A stretch of DNA of 64,000 bases from the NCBI GenBank assembly GCA_965199715.1, contig OZ241322.1:1952001-2016000 (forward strand), given 5' to 3'. The stretch comes from Vicinamibacteria bacterium (GTDB lineage Bacteria > Acidobacteriota > Vicinamibacteria > Marinacidobacterales > Marinacidobacteraceae). The first letter of the stretch is position 1, and every line of letters begins with the position of its first letter. Below are positions 8,919-17,812 of the stretch, in pieces. A program made the translations under genes and the position numbers. The notes under the pieces were generated by a model. It saw only the letters and a list, made by a program, of their open reading frames with translations, did not search any database and was not told the origin of the DNA.

Positions 8919-9943
8919 GCCCCGAAGCCGCGGTCACGGATCCGCCGACGAGCGCCGACATCGAGCGGCGCATCGAGAGCTTCCGCGACCGCCACGACCG
9001 CATCCAGGCCGAGGTCGGCCGCGTGATCGTCGGCAACCGGGAGGTCGTCAGCGGAATCGTCACCTGCCTCCTGACCCGAGGCCACGTGCTGCTCGAGGGA
9101 ATCCCCGGTCTCGGCAAGACGAAGATCGTGCAGACGCTGTCCGAGGCGATGCACCTCAAGTTCAACCGGATCCAGTTCACGCCGGACCTCATGCCCGGCG
9201 ACATCCTCGGAACCAACGTGGTTCGCGAGACCGAGACCGGCGAGAAGTACCTCGACTTCCAGCCGGGCCCGATCTTCTGCCACCTCATGCTCGCCGACGA
9301 GGTGAACCGCGCCACGCCCAAGTCGCAGTCGGCGCTGCTCGAGGCGATGCAGGAGAAGAGCGTCTCGGTCGGCAACACGACCTACAAGCTGGAGGAGCCG
9401 TTCTTCGTGATGGCCACCCAGAACCCGATCGAGCTGGAAGGCACCTATCCGCTTCCCGAGGCCCAGATGGACCGCTTCCTCATGAAGCTGCGCATCGGCT
9501 ACCCCGACGAGGAGGAGCTGCGCGAGATCGTGGACCGGACCACCTCCGTCGAGGAGCCGACCGCGAGCGCGATCGTTCACCGCGACGAGGTGCTCGACAT
9601 GCGCCGGACGGTGCTCTCGGTGCCGGTGGCGCAGCCGGTCCTCGACTACGCCATCCGGCTCGCCATGGGGACGCACCCGGAATCGCGCTACGCCCACGCG
9701 CTCACGAACCGCTATGTCAAGTTCGGGGCGAGCCCCCGGGGCGTGCAGGCGCTCGTGCTCTCGGGGAAGGTCCGGGCGCTCCTCGCCGGTCGTCCGCACG
9801 TCGCCGCCGAGGACATCCGCGCCGGGGTCAAGCCGACGCTCCGCCACCGGCTCCTCCTCAACTTCGAGGGCGAGGCCGACAAGGTGGATCCGGACGACAT
9901 CCTCGAGCAGATCGTCGAGACCATCCGTCCGCCCGCCGCTTGA
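8915..9943 (+). CDS. moxR: MoxR family AAA+ ATPase
   Basis: GHVLLEGIPGLGKT (Walker A), RIQFTPDLMPGDI, LADEVNRATPKSQSALLEAMQE, ATQNPIELEGTYPLPEAQMDRF. ATGA overlap with upstream gene. Confidence 0.95.
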   Translation: MSPEAAVTDPPTSADIERRIESFRDRHDRIQAEVGRVIVGNREVVSGIVTCLLTRGHVLLEGIPGLGKTKIVQTLSEAMHLKFNRIQFTPDLMPGDILGTNVVRETETGEKYLDFQPGPIFCHLMLADEVNRATPKSQSALLEAMQEKSVSVGNTTYKLEEPFFVMATQNPIELEGTYPLPEAQMDRFLMKLRIGYPDEEELREIVDRTTSVEEPTASAIVHRDEVLDMRRTVLSVPVAQPVLDYAIRLAMGTHPESRYAHALTNRYVKFGASPRGVQALVLSGKVRALLAGRPHVAAEDIRAGVKPTLRHRLLLNFEGEADKVDPDDILEQIVETIRPPAA

Positions 9944-9972
9944 GGACGGCCGTCCGCCCGCGCCGGCCGCCG

Positions 9973-10857
9973 ATGAGCTCCGACACGCTGTTTGACGCCT
10001 CCTTCATGGAGCGGCTCGAGTACCTCAAGATGATGGCCGCCCGGATGCTGCCGAGCCGGCATCGGGGCGAGCATCGGGCGAGAAAGCGCGGCTCGGGGAT
10101 CGAGCTCGCCGACTACCGGCCCTACGTCCCCGGCGACGACACCCGCGACGTGGACTGGAAGGCCTTCCTGCGCCTCGACAAGCTCATCCTGCGCGTCTTC
10201 GAGGAGGACGCCGACCTTCCGGTGTACCTGTTCGTGGACCGAAGCGCCTCGATGGCCTTCGGGAACCCCTCCAAGTTCGATCACGCCCGCAAGCTGGCCG
10301 GCGCCCTCGCCTACATCGGCTTGCTGAACCACGACCTCATCACGATCGTCTGGTACGGCGACGCGATGGGCGAGGCGCTGCCGGGCAAGCGCGGCCGCAA
10401 CCAGGTGTTCCGGGCGTTCCGCTTCCTCGACGCCGGCGAGTCCGGCGGCCGGACCTCGCTGGCCGCCGCCTTCCGCTCGTTCTTCGGCTCGCGCCGCAAG
10501 CGCGGACTCGCGGTGATCCTGTCCGACATGATGGACAGCGGGGACCTGGTCGCGGCGTTCGACGCCTGCCGCCACCAGAAGCACGACATGTTCCTCGTCC
10601 AGGTGCTCACGCCCGAGGAGCTCGACCCGACGCTCCCCGACGAGGCGCTGCTCACCGACAGCGAGGACGGCTCCGAGCGCCGGGTCCGGGTCACCCCGCG
10701 ACTGCTCGCCCGTTACGGCGAGGCGCTCGAGGAGCACCGCCGCCAGATCGGCGAGTACTGCGCGAAGTACGGCTTCGGCTGGTCGCTCGCGAGCACCGGC
10801 GAGCCCTTCGAGGAGGCCGTCCTCGCCATCTTCAAGCAGGACCGCTTCCTCCGCTGA
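9973..10857 (+). CDS. DUF58 domain protein
   Basis: GEHRARKRGSGIELADYRPYVPGDDTRDVDWK, DRSASM, VILSD. Confidence 0.92.
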   Translation: MSSDTLFDASFMERLEYLKMMAARMLPSRHRGEHRARKRGSGIELADYRPYVPGDDTRDVDWKAFLRLDKLILRVFEEDADLPVYLFVDRSASMAFGNPSKFDHARKLAGALAYIGLLNHDLITIVWYGDAMGEALPGKRGRNQVFRAFRFLDAGESGGRTSLAAAFRSFFGSRRKRGLAVILSDMMDSGDLVAAFDACRHQKHDMFLVQVLTPEELDPTLPDEALLTDSEDGSERRVRVTPRLLARYGEALEEHRRQIGEYCAKYGFGWSLASTGEPFEEAVLAIFKQDRFLR

Positions 10858-12656
10858 TGGTCTTCCAGGCGTCCCCGTTCTGGATCGCGCTCGGCGCGCT
10901 CCTGACGCTCGGCGCGATCCTGCTGCTGTATCTCCTCCGCCCGGAGCCCCAGCCGGTCGTCGTCCCGTCGAACCTGATCTGGCGGCGGGTGCTGGACGAG
11001 CGCCGCCGGCGCGAGGACTTCTGGCGGTGGCTCGTCTCGCTCCTCGTCGCGCTGCTCATCGGCCTTGCGGTCATCCTCGCAGTGGGCCGCCCGACCCCGT
11101 CGGCGGTGGCGGACGCCGGCGGGCGCACGGTGCTGGTGCTGGACGACTCCCCGGGCATGGCGGCGGTCGGGCCGAGCGGGGTCTCGCGCTGGGAGCTGGC
11201 CCGCTCGCACGCCCGGAACATCGTGCGGTCCGGGAACGAGACCAGCGAGTTCCTCGTCCTCGACACCGCCGGAAGGCGCGGCGGACGCTCGTTCACGTCC
11301 GCCCGGGACGCCCTCGCCGATCTCGAGGCCATGACCCCGGTGCACGGCGCCGAGCACCGCTTCCCGGATCTCGCCGACGTCCTCGGCGCGGGATCGGCGT
11401 CCGTGATCTTCCTCGGCGACGGCGTCCGGGTGCCGTCGCTCCCGCCCGGCGTCGAGCGCGTGTCGGTGTTCGAGCCGGTGGGCAACGCCGGGATCACCGC
11501 CTTCGACGTGCGCCCGCTGCCCGCCGACCCGGGGCGTTTCGAGGCCTTCGTGGAGGTCGTGCGCCATCCGGCCGGCCCCGGCGACGAGGACGCGATCGTG
11601 GCGCTCCAAGTGGACGGCGCCGGCGGCGCGAGCCTGCGGCGCACGCTGCGGCTCCAGCCGGGAGTCCCCGAGGGAAACGCCATCCCGCTCGGGGGCTTCG
11701 TCTCCGGCCCCATCCGCGCCGTCATCGCCGTCTCCGGCGAGGACGGGTACGCCGCCGACGACGTGGCGCACGCCTACGTGCCGTCGCGCAACCGGCTCCG
11801 GGTCGCGCTGCTCGGCCCCGAGAACCCCTATCTGGAGGCCGGGCTGCGCCTCGACCCGAGGGTGACGCTCACGCGGCCCGATTCGGTGGACGCGGTGGAT
11901 CCGGCGGCGACCGACCTGCTCGTCGTCTCCGGGCCGGCTCCCGAGACGACTCCGGCGCTTCCGGTGCTGTTCGCCGGGACCGGCTCGGCGGACTGGTTGC
12001 CGCCCCGGCTCGAAGGCGCCGAGGGAGCCGGCGCGGTCGAGCTGCGGGCGCGGGCCGAGGACCATCCGTTGGTCCGGGGCCTCGTCCTCGACGATTCGGT
12101 CGCGCCCGCGGCGACTGCGTTCGACGGGTCCGCGGCCTCGTGGGAGGTGCTCCTCGGCGACGCGCGCTCCGGCCTGCTCATGGCCCGGAGCTGGCCGCGA
12201 CCGGCGCTCGCGTTCTCGTTTCCGGTGGCGCTGTCGAACCTGCCGCTCGCGCCCGACTTTCCCGTGCTGCTCTCCCGGGCGCTCGGGTGGCTCACCGACG
12301 TGGCCGTGCGCCGCACCGGCCTCGGGCCGGTCCGGGTGGAGATCGCGTCCGGGGCGGTCTTCGACGACGACGGCGCCGAGGTGGAGGTCCGGCCGATCGG
12401 CTCGACGATTTCCTTCGACGCGGCCGAGCCGTCGCTCTACTACGTGGCCGGCGACGGGCAGGAACTGGTCGTCGCGGCGAGCCTGCTGGACCGGACCGTC
12501 TCCGACCTGAACCGCTCGGCGTGGGCCGGGGAGGCGCCGGCCCCCCCCGGCGGCGGGACCGACCCGGCGCGGCCGGTCTGGCCGTGGCTCCTGCTCGCCG
12601 CGTTCCTCCTCGCGGTGGGCGAGTGGGTGGCCTTCCACCGGCACGCGACGGTCTGA
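10857..12656 (+). CDS. BatA-like N-terminus plus vWA-domain membrane protein
   Basis: ILLLYLLR...VVPSNLIW; LAVGRP; degenerate MIDAS VLDDSPGM; C-terminal TM WPWLLLAAFLLAVGEW. Confidence 0.85.
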   Translation: MVFQASPFWIALGALLTLGAILLLYLLRPEPQPVVVPSNLIWRRVLDERRRREDFWRWLVSLLVALLIGLAVILAVGRPTPSAVADAGGRTVLVLDDSPGMAAVGPSGVSRWELARSHARNIVRSGNETSEFLVLDTAGRRGGRSFTSARDALADLEAMTPVHGAEHRFPDLADVLGAGSASVIFLGDGVRVPSLPPGVERVSVFEPVGNAGITAFDVRPLPADPGRFEAFVEVVRHPAGPGDEDAIVALQVDGAGGASLRRTLRLQPGVPEGNAIPLGGFVSGPIRAVIAVSGEDGYAADDVAHAYVPSRNRLRVALLGPENPYLEAGLRLDPRVTLTRPDSVDAVDPAATDLLVVSGPAPETTPALPVLFAGTGSADWLPPRLEGAEGAGAVELRARAEDHPLVRGLVLDDSVAPAATAFDGSAASWEVLLGDARSGLLMARSWPRPALAFSFPVALSNLPLAPDFPVLLSRALGWLTDVAVRRTGLGPVRVEIASGAVFDDDGAEVEVRPIGSTISFDAAEPSLYYVAGDGQELVVAASLLDRTVSDLNRSAWAGEAPAPPGGGTDPARPVWPWLLLAAFLLAVGEWVAFHRHATV

Positions 12657-12664
12657 GCGGTCCG

Positions 12665-14014
12665 GTGGGCGTCCGCACCCGGATCGCTCCGTCGCCGACC
12701 GGCGACCCCCACGTCGGGACCGCGTTCCAGGCGCTGCTGAACTACGCCTTCGCCCGCCGGGCGGGCGGAGCGTTCCTGCTGCGGATCGAGGACACCGACC
12801 GCGCCCGCTCGACCGCCGCGTCGGAGGCGGCCATCCTCCGGTCGCTCCGCTGGCTCGGCCTCGAGTGGGACGAGGGGCCGGACGTGGGCGGCCCGTTCGG
12901 CCCGTACCGCCAGAGCGAGCGCACCCCCCGGTATCGGGAAGTCGCCGATCGGCTGCTCGCCTCGGGCCACGGCTACCGGGACGGCGGCGCGATCCGGCTC
13001 CGCACGCCCGGCGACGGGCAGGTCGCGCTCGCCGACGAACTGCGCCCGGGGCTCAGCAAGGACTGGGCCTCGGTGGACGACCCGGTGCTCCTGAAGTCGG
13101 ACGGCTTCCCGACGTACCACCTCGCGAACGTCGTGGACGACCGCCTCATGGGGATCACCGACGTGATCCGGGGCGAGGAGTGGATCGCGTCGCTCCCCAA
13201 GCACGTCTTCCTCTACGAGGCGCTCGGCTGGACCCCGCCGCGCTTCTGGCACGTCCCCCTGCTGCGCAACAAGGACCGCAACCGGTCCAAGCTGAGCAAG
13301 CGCAAGAGCCCCACGTCGGTGGACTTCTACCGGGAGGCCGGGTTCCTGCCCGAGGCGCTCCTGAACTTCCTCGGGATGCTCGTGTGGACGCGGGCGGAGG
13401 GCGAGGAGAAGTTCGACCTCGACGCCTTCGTCGCCGGGTTCGACCTGTCACGGATCTCGCTCGCAGGCGCGGTCTTCGACCAGGACAAGCTCGCGTGGCT
13501 GAACGGCCGCTACATCCGCGAGGACCACGCCCCCGAGGATCTGGCCCGAAGGCTCCGCGAGTGGCGCCTCGACGATCCCACGCTCGCCCGGATCGCCGCG
13601 CTGGCGCAGCCCCGGATGCGCACGCTGGGCGACTTCGGCTTCCTCACCCCGTTCTTCTTCGCCGACGAGGTGCCGCTCGACCCCGCCGCGCTGGCCGGCG
13701 GGCGCGAGCCCGCCGAGGTCGCCGAGTGGCTGCTGCGCGCCGAGTGGGCGGTCGGCGAACTGGCGGAGTTCGACGAGGGCTCGATCCGGGACGCTCTCCG
13801 CGCTCTCGCCGGGGATCTCGGCGTCGGCCTCGGCAAGCTCACCGGCCCGCTCTACGTCGCCGTCAGCGGTTCGTCCTCCTCGACGCCGCTGTTCGGCTCC
13901 ATGGTGGTGCTCGGCCGCGGCATGACCCGGATGCGCCTGCGCCGCGCCCGCGCCGCGCTTGGCGGGGTGACGCGCCGCCGGGAGAAGGAGCTCGAGGCTC
14001 AGCGCAGCCCGTAG
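12665..14014 (+). CDS. gltX: Glutamate--tRNA ligase
   Basis: RTRIAPSPTGDPHVGT (HIGH), LLRIEDTD, GPYRQSER, PTYHLANVVDD, IRGEEW, KLSKR (KMSKS), anticodon-binding domain present. Confidence 0.93.
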   Translation: MGVRTRIAPSPTGDPHVGTAFQALLNYAFARRAGGAFLLRIEDTDRARSTAASEAAILRSLRWLGLEWDEGPDVGGPFGPYRQSERTPRYREVADRLLASGHGYRDGGAIRLRTPGDGQVALADELRPGLSKDWASVDDPVLLKSDGFPTYHLANVVDDRLMGITDVIRGEEWIASLPKHVFLYEALGWTPPRFWHVPLLRNKDRNRSKLSKRKSPTSVDFYREAGFLPEALLNFLGMLVWTRAEGEEKFDLDAFVAGFDLSRISLAGAVFDQDKLAWLNGRYIREDHAPEDLARRLREWRLDDPTLARIAALAQPRMRTLGDFGFLTPFFFADEVPLDPAALAGGREPAEVAEWLLRAEWAVGELAEFDEGSIRDALRALAGDLGVGLGKLTGPLYVAVSGSSSSTPLFGSMVVLGRGMTRMRLRRARAALGGVTRRREKELEAQRSP

Positions 14015-15213
14015 AGGGTCAGCCCGGACACGTCCTTCACCCAGATCCGGTCGCCGTGGAGCGTCGGCTGGGTCCACGTCGCGCTGTTCCCCACCTCGTA
14101 GCGGCGGATCTCCTCGAGCCCGTCGCGGGACGCGCCGAAGACGACCAGCTCGCCGTCGGTCTCGAGGGACAGCACCGTGCTTCCGGCCCGCAGCATCGCG
14201 GCGTTGTCCGCCTGCCTCGGCGCGCTCTTCCACAGCGCCTCGCCGGTTTCGAGGTCGATCGCCACGTACTGCCCGCTGTTGCGGTGCGAGAGGCCGAAGA
14301 GCACCGAATCCCCGACGACCGGGTTCGCCATGTGGAGCGAGGCCTCGTCGGTGCTCCAGACGTCCTCGGTCGTCCATCCGGTTCCTTCGCGGACGACCCG
14401 GAACGCGGTGATCCCGTTCGAGCGTCCGTTCTGGATCACGAGGTCTCCGAAACGCGCCGGCGTCTGCGAGGTGGTGTCGGAGGGCGTCGTGAAGGGGCGG
14501 CTCCAGAGCAGCCGGCCGCTCTCGAACTCCACGCCCACAAAGTGGTTCTGGGTGAACACGACCACCTGCGGGACGCCGTCGAACGCGAAGAGCATCGGGG
14601 AGCCGTAGGCGGGACCGTCGCCGTCCCAGCTCCAGCGGACGTCCCCGGTCGCGGCGTCGAAGGCGGTCAGCGCCCCGTCGTCGTGCCCGCCCACGTGGAC
14701 GATCGCGAGGCCGTCGCGGACGAGCGGCGACATCGACGTGTGGTAGAGCGGATGGACGCCGGTTCCCGGCACGTGCCAGAGCCGCTCGCCGGTGGCGGCG
14801 TCCCACGCGGTCACCGAGCCGGTCATCCCGTGCGCGTGGAGGCGTCCGTCCCGGAAGGCGGGCGTGGACTTGGGGCCGGCCCCGTGACGCGCCGTCGCCG
14901 GGCTCATGTCGAACTGCGCCGGGTACGCGCTCCGCCAGCGGGTCGCGCCGGTCGCCGCGTCGAGCGCCAGCATGACCTCGTCGTCGCCCTGCCGGACGAA
15001 CTGGAAGATCGCGTCCCCGACCAGGAGCGGGGTCGCGTAGCCGAGCCCGACCTCGACGGACCAACGCTCGACGAGCTCCTCCGGCCACGTCTCCGGAACC
15101 TCGAAATCGGCCGCCACGCCGTCGCGTTCGGCGCCCCGCCACTCGGGCCAGTCCCCGGCGGCGGCAGGAAGCGCGGCCAGCAGCGCGATCAGCGTCAGCG
15201 AGTGTGGTTGCAT
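13999..15213 (-). CDS. Secreted PQQ-binding-like beta-propeller protein
   Basis: Signal peptide, then DWPEWRG.ERDG and repeated A.DAATG..RW motifs. Confidence 0.88.
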   Translation of the reverse strand: MQPHSLTLIALLAALPAAAGDWPEWRGAERDGVAADFEVPETWPEELVERWSVEVGLGYATPLLVGDAIFQFVRQGDDEVMLALDAATGATRWRSAYPAQFDMSPATARHGAGPKSTPAFRDGRLHAHGMTGSVTAWDAATGERLWHVPGTGVHPLYHTSMSPLVRDGLAIVHVGGHDDGALTAFDAATGDVRWSWDGDGPAYGSPMLFAFDGVPQVVVFTQNHFVGVEFESGRLLWSRPFTTPSDTTSQTPARFGDLVIQNGRSNGITAFRVVREGTGWTTEDVWSTDEASLHMANPVVGDSVLFGLSHRNSGQYVAIDLETGEALWKSAPRQADNAAMLRAGSTVLSLETDGELVVFGASRDGLEEIRRYEVGNSATWTQPTLHGDRIWVKDVSGLTLYGLR

Positions 15214-15222
15214 AGCGGGATT

Positions 15223-16791
15223 ATGCGTCCCTGGCCGCTCCTCGTCGTGCTCGCCGCCGCCTGCGGCCCGGCCCCGGTGGACGTGCTCCTCCAGGGAGGA
15301 CTCGTCCACGACGGCGGCGGTGGGGAGCCGTTCCCGGCGGACGTCGGAATCCGGGGCGATCGGATCGCCTTCGTCGGCGACGGCGGCGAGTTGGAGGCGG
15401 CCGAGGTCGTGGACGTCTCCGGCCTCGTCGTCGCGCCCGGGTTCATCGACATGCACTCCCATTCCCAGGTCGGCGAGGAATGGGCGCGGGAGGCGCTGCC
15501 GTTCCTCTACCAGGGGATCACGACGGTGGTGCTCGGCGTGGACGGCGGTGGCGCGCCGGAGGTGGGCGACACGCTCGCCGGCTGGGACGCGAGCGGGATC
15601 GGAGTGAACGCGCTCACCTACGTCGGGCATGGCGCGGTCCGGCGCCGGGTGCTCGGAGCGGAGGACCGCGCCCCCACCGGCGAGGAGCTGGACGAAATGC
15701 GCGCGCTGGTGCGGCGGGGGCTCGAGGAGGGCGCCTTCGGGCTCTCGACGGGGCTCTTCTACGTTCCTGGAACCTACGCCACCACCGAGGAGGTCATCGA
15801 GCTGGCGCGGGTGGCCGCCGAATACGCGCCGGCCATCTACGACACCCACGACCGGGATCTCGGGGCGTCGTACCCGAGCTTCGGGTATCTCGCCTCGATC
15901 GAGGAGGCCATCCGCATCGGCGAGGAGTCGGGAACCAAGGTCATCTTCAGCCACTTCAACGCGCAGGGCGCGGCGAACTACGGCCGCGCTCCCGAGGGCG
16001 CGGCGCTCATCGAAGAGGCCCGCGCCCGGGGCGTCCCCGTGTTCGGGGCGCAGCACGTGTATACGGCCACCCAGTCGAGCCTGCGCGCCTACACGGTGCC
16101 CCGATGGGCCTCGGCCGGGGGCCGCGACGCGATGCTCGAGCGGTTCGACGACCCGGACACGGCGCGGGTGCTCGACGAGGCCATGGCCGAGATGCTCGCG
16201 ATCCGGGGCGGCGCCGAGCGGATCCGCTTCTCCGACTCCCGGCCGCACCTGAACGGCCGCACGCTCGCGGAAGTCGCGGAGGAAGGGGGCGCGTCCGCTC
16301 CCGAGGCGGCGCGGCGCATCCTCGCCGAGGGGAACGCCTCGGTGATGAACGTGGGCCTCTACGACCCGGTGAACACCGCCTTCCTCGCCGAGCAGGACTG
16401 GATGATGACCTGCACCGACGGGCGCGACATCGCTCCGGGCACGGCCGTCGGGCATCCCCGGGTGTACGGGGCGTTCACCCGGAAGCTGCGCGACTACGCG
16501 CTCGACGAGGGCCGGATCCGCGTCGGGTTCGCGATCCGCAGCATGACCGGCCTCGCGGCGGAGTTCCTTGAGCTTGCGGACCGGGGCTTCCTGAAGGAGG
16601 GCATGCTCGCCGACGTCGCCGTTCTCGATCTCGAGCGGGTCCGGGACCGCGCGACCTACGACGATCCCCACCAGTACTCCGACGGGACGGTGCATGTCCT
16701 CGTGAACGGGGCGTTCGCGATCCGCGACGGGGCGCACACCGGCGCGCTGGCTGGGCGGGGGCTCGTCCCGACGCGCCTCGCGCCCGGGTAG
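15223..16791 (+). CDS. N-acyl-D-amino-acid deacylase family amidohydrolase (lipoprotein-like signal)
   Basis: LAAAC; VVAPGFIDMHSH; QGITT; GAFGLSTGLFYVPG; HPRVYGAF; DRGFLKEGMLADVAV. Confidence 0.88.
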   Translation: MRPWPLLVVLAAACGPAPVDVLLQGGLVHDGGGGEPFPADVGIRGDRIAFVGDGGELEAAEVVDVSGLVVAPGFIDMHSHSQVGEEWAREALPFLYQGITTVVLGVDGGGAPEVGDTLAGWDASGIGVNALTYVGHGAVRRRVLGAEDRAPTGEELDEMRALVRRGLEEGAFGLSTGLFYVPGTYATTEEVIELARVAAEYAPAIYDTHDRDLGASYPSFGYLASIEEAIRIGEESGTKVIFSHFNAQGAANYGRAPEGAALIEEARARGVPVFGAQHVYTATQSSLRAYTVPRWASAGGRDAMLERFDDPDTARVLDEAMAEMLAIRGGAERIRFSDSRPHLNGRTLAEVAEEGGASAPEAARRILAEGNASVMNVGLYDPVNTAFLAEQDWMMTCTDGRDIAPGTAVGHPRVYGAFTRKLRDYALDEGRIRVGFAIRSMTGLAAEFLELADRGFLKEGMLADVAVLDLERVRDRATYDDPHQYSDGTVHVLVNGAFAIRDGAHTGALAGRGLVPTRLAPG

Positions 16792-16815
16792 CATTCCCGC
16801 ACGAGGTACCCGCAC

Positions 16816-17292
16816 ATGCGCCCGATCCGCCGTCTCGCCCCGCTCGCCGCCGTCCTCGCGGTCGCGGCCGCCGCGCTCGCCGCGCAGCAGCCCGACGCCG
16901 GAACCCCGCGCTTCGGGGTTTGGAAGCTGCGTTCCGACGCCCCGGCGCCGTTCAGCAACGTGATGACCTACGAGCCGTGGAGCGACGGCGGCATGAGCAT
17001 CACCGTCGCGAGCACCAACGCCGAGGGGCGCTCCTCCGAGTGGGGCTACAACACGATGTTCGACGGCGTGTTCCGGACGGTGAGCGGGCTTGCGGGCTCG
17101 GACACCGCGGTCGAGGTCGTGGACGAGCGCTCCACGCGCATCCTCAACCGGCGCGACGGCCATGTCTATCAGGTCATCATCAACACCCTCTCGGAGGACG
17201 GGAACCGGATCGACAACGACTACGTCCGGTTCGACGACGAGGGGCGCGTGGTCCGGGTGACCCGCGCGATCTACGACCGGATCGAGGACTGA
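16816..17292 (+). CDS. Hypothetical secreted protein (predicted beta-rich)
   Basis: Signal peptide, FGVWKL...FDG motif, coding-like codon bias, GAGG upstream. Confidence 0.75.
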   Translation: MRPIRRLAPLAAVLAVAAAALAAQQPDAGTPRFGVWKLRSDAPAPFSNVMTYEPWSDGGMSITVASTNAEGRSSEWGYNTMFDGVFRTVSGLAGSDTAVEVVDERSTRILNRRDGHVYQVIINTLSEDGNRIDNDYVRFDDEGRVVRVTRAIYDRIED

Positions 17293-17295
17293 GCG

Positions 17296-17646
17296 ATGCC
17301 CGACGTGACCTGGCGGTACCACCGCCCGGGTTGAACGAGCTGCAAGCGGACGCAGGAGTTTCTTGCGGAACATGACGTCGCGGACGGGGAAGTCCACAGC
17401 GCCACGCGGAACCCGATTGCCGGCTCCGACTCGCTGGCCGCGCTCGAGGGAGTCGCCGAGCTGCTGGTCGCGAAGGGTCGGAAGTACGAGACCCACGACC
17501 TGACCGGCGGCCTGCCGGACGACCCCGAGTCGCTCCTGCTGGGGCGCTCGGGCAAGCTGCGCGCCCCGACGCTTCGGGTCGGCGACCGGCTGCTCGTCGG
17601 CTACAACCGGAAGATGTTCGAGGCCGTCTTCGGCGTGGGCGGCTGA
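17296..17646 (+). CDS. ArsC/Spx-like thioredoxin-fold (seleno)protein with in-frame UGA (UxxC motif)
   Basis: [13 protein letters not shown](TGA 17332-17334)[13 protein letters not shown]...LLVAKGRK...[29 protein letters not shown]. The frame stays open 103 codons past the TGA and ends in the ArsC-like LRAPT...LVG(Y/F)N motif. Confidence 0.85.
17340..17368 (+). promoter_or_regulatory. Putative bacterial SECIS element
   Basis: CUGCAAG (17340-46) pairs with CUUGCGG (17362-68); inner GGAC/GUUU stem closes loop GCAGGA; starts 5 nt after the UGA. Confidence 0.6.
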
Positions 17647-17812
17647 ACGCGGGCGCGCCCGCCGCGCATCGAACGTCCGGACCCGTTCGTCGCCGACGAC
17701 CCGCGGAGGGAGCGTTCCGAAAGATCGACTCGCTCGTGACGCGGATTCCGCCCAACCACGCGGCCTGATCGCAGCCGGCGCCGCCCGGCCGGCGTGCTAC
17801 TTTCTCCGCGCC

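Noticed and set aside
17296-17646. Interpretation as a nonsense-mutated pseudogene
   Set aside because: The TGA falls exactly on the redox Cys position, is followed by a SECIS-like hairpin, and the rest of the frame is intact, so Sec recoding is the simpler explanation, though unproven.
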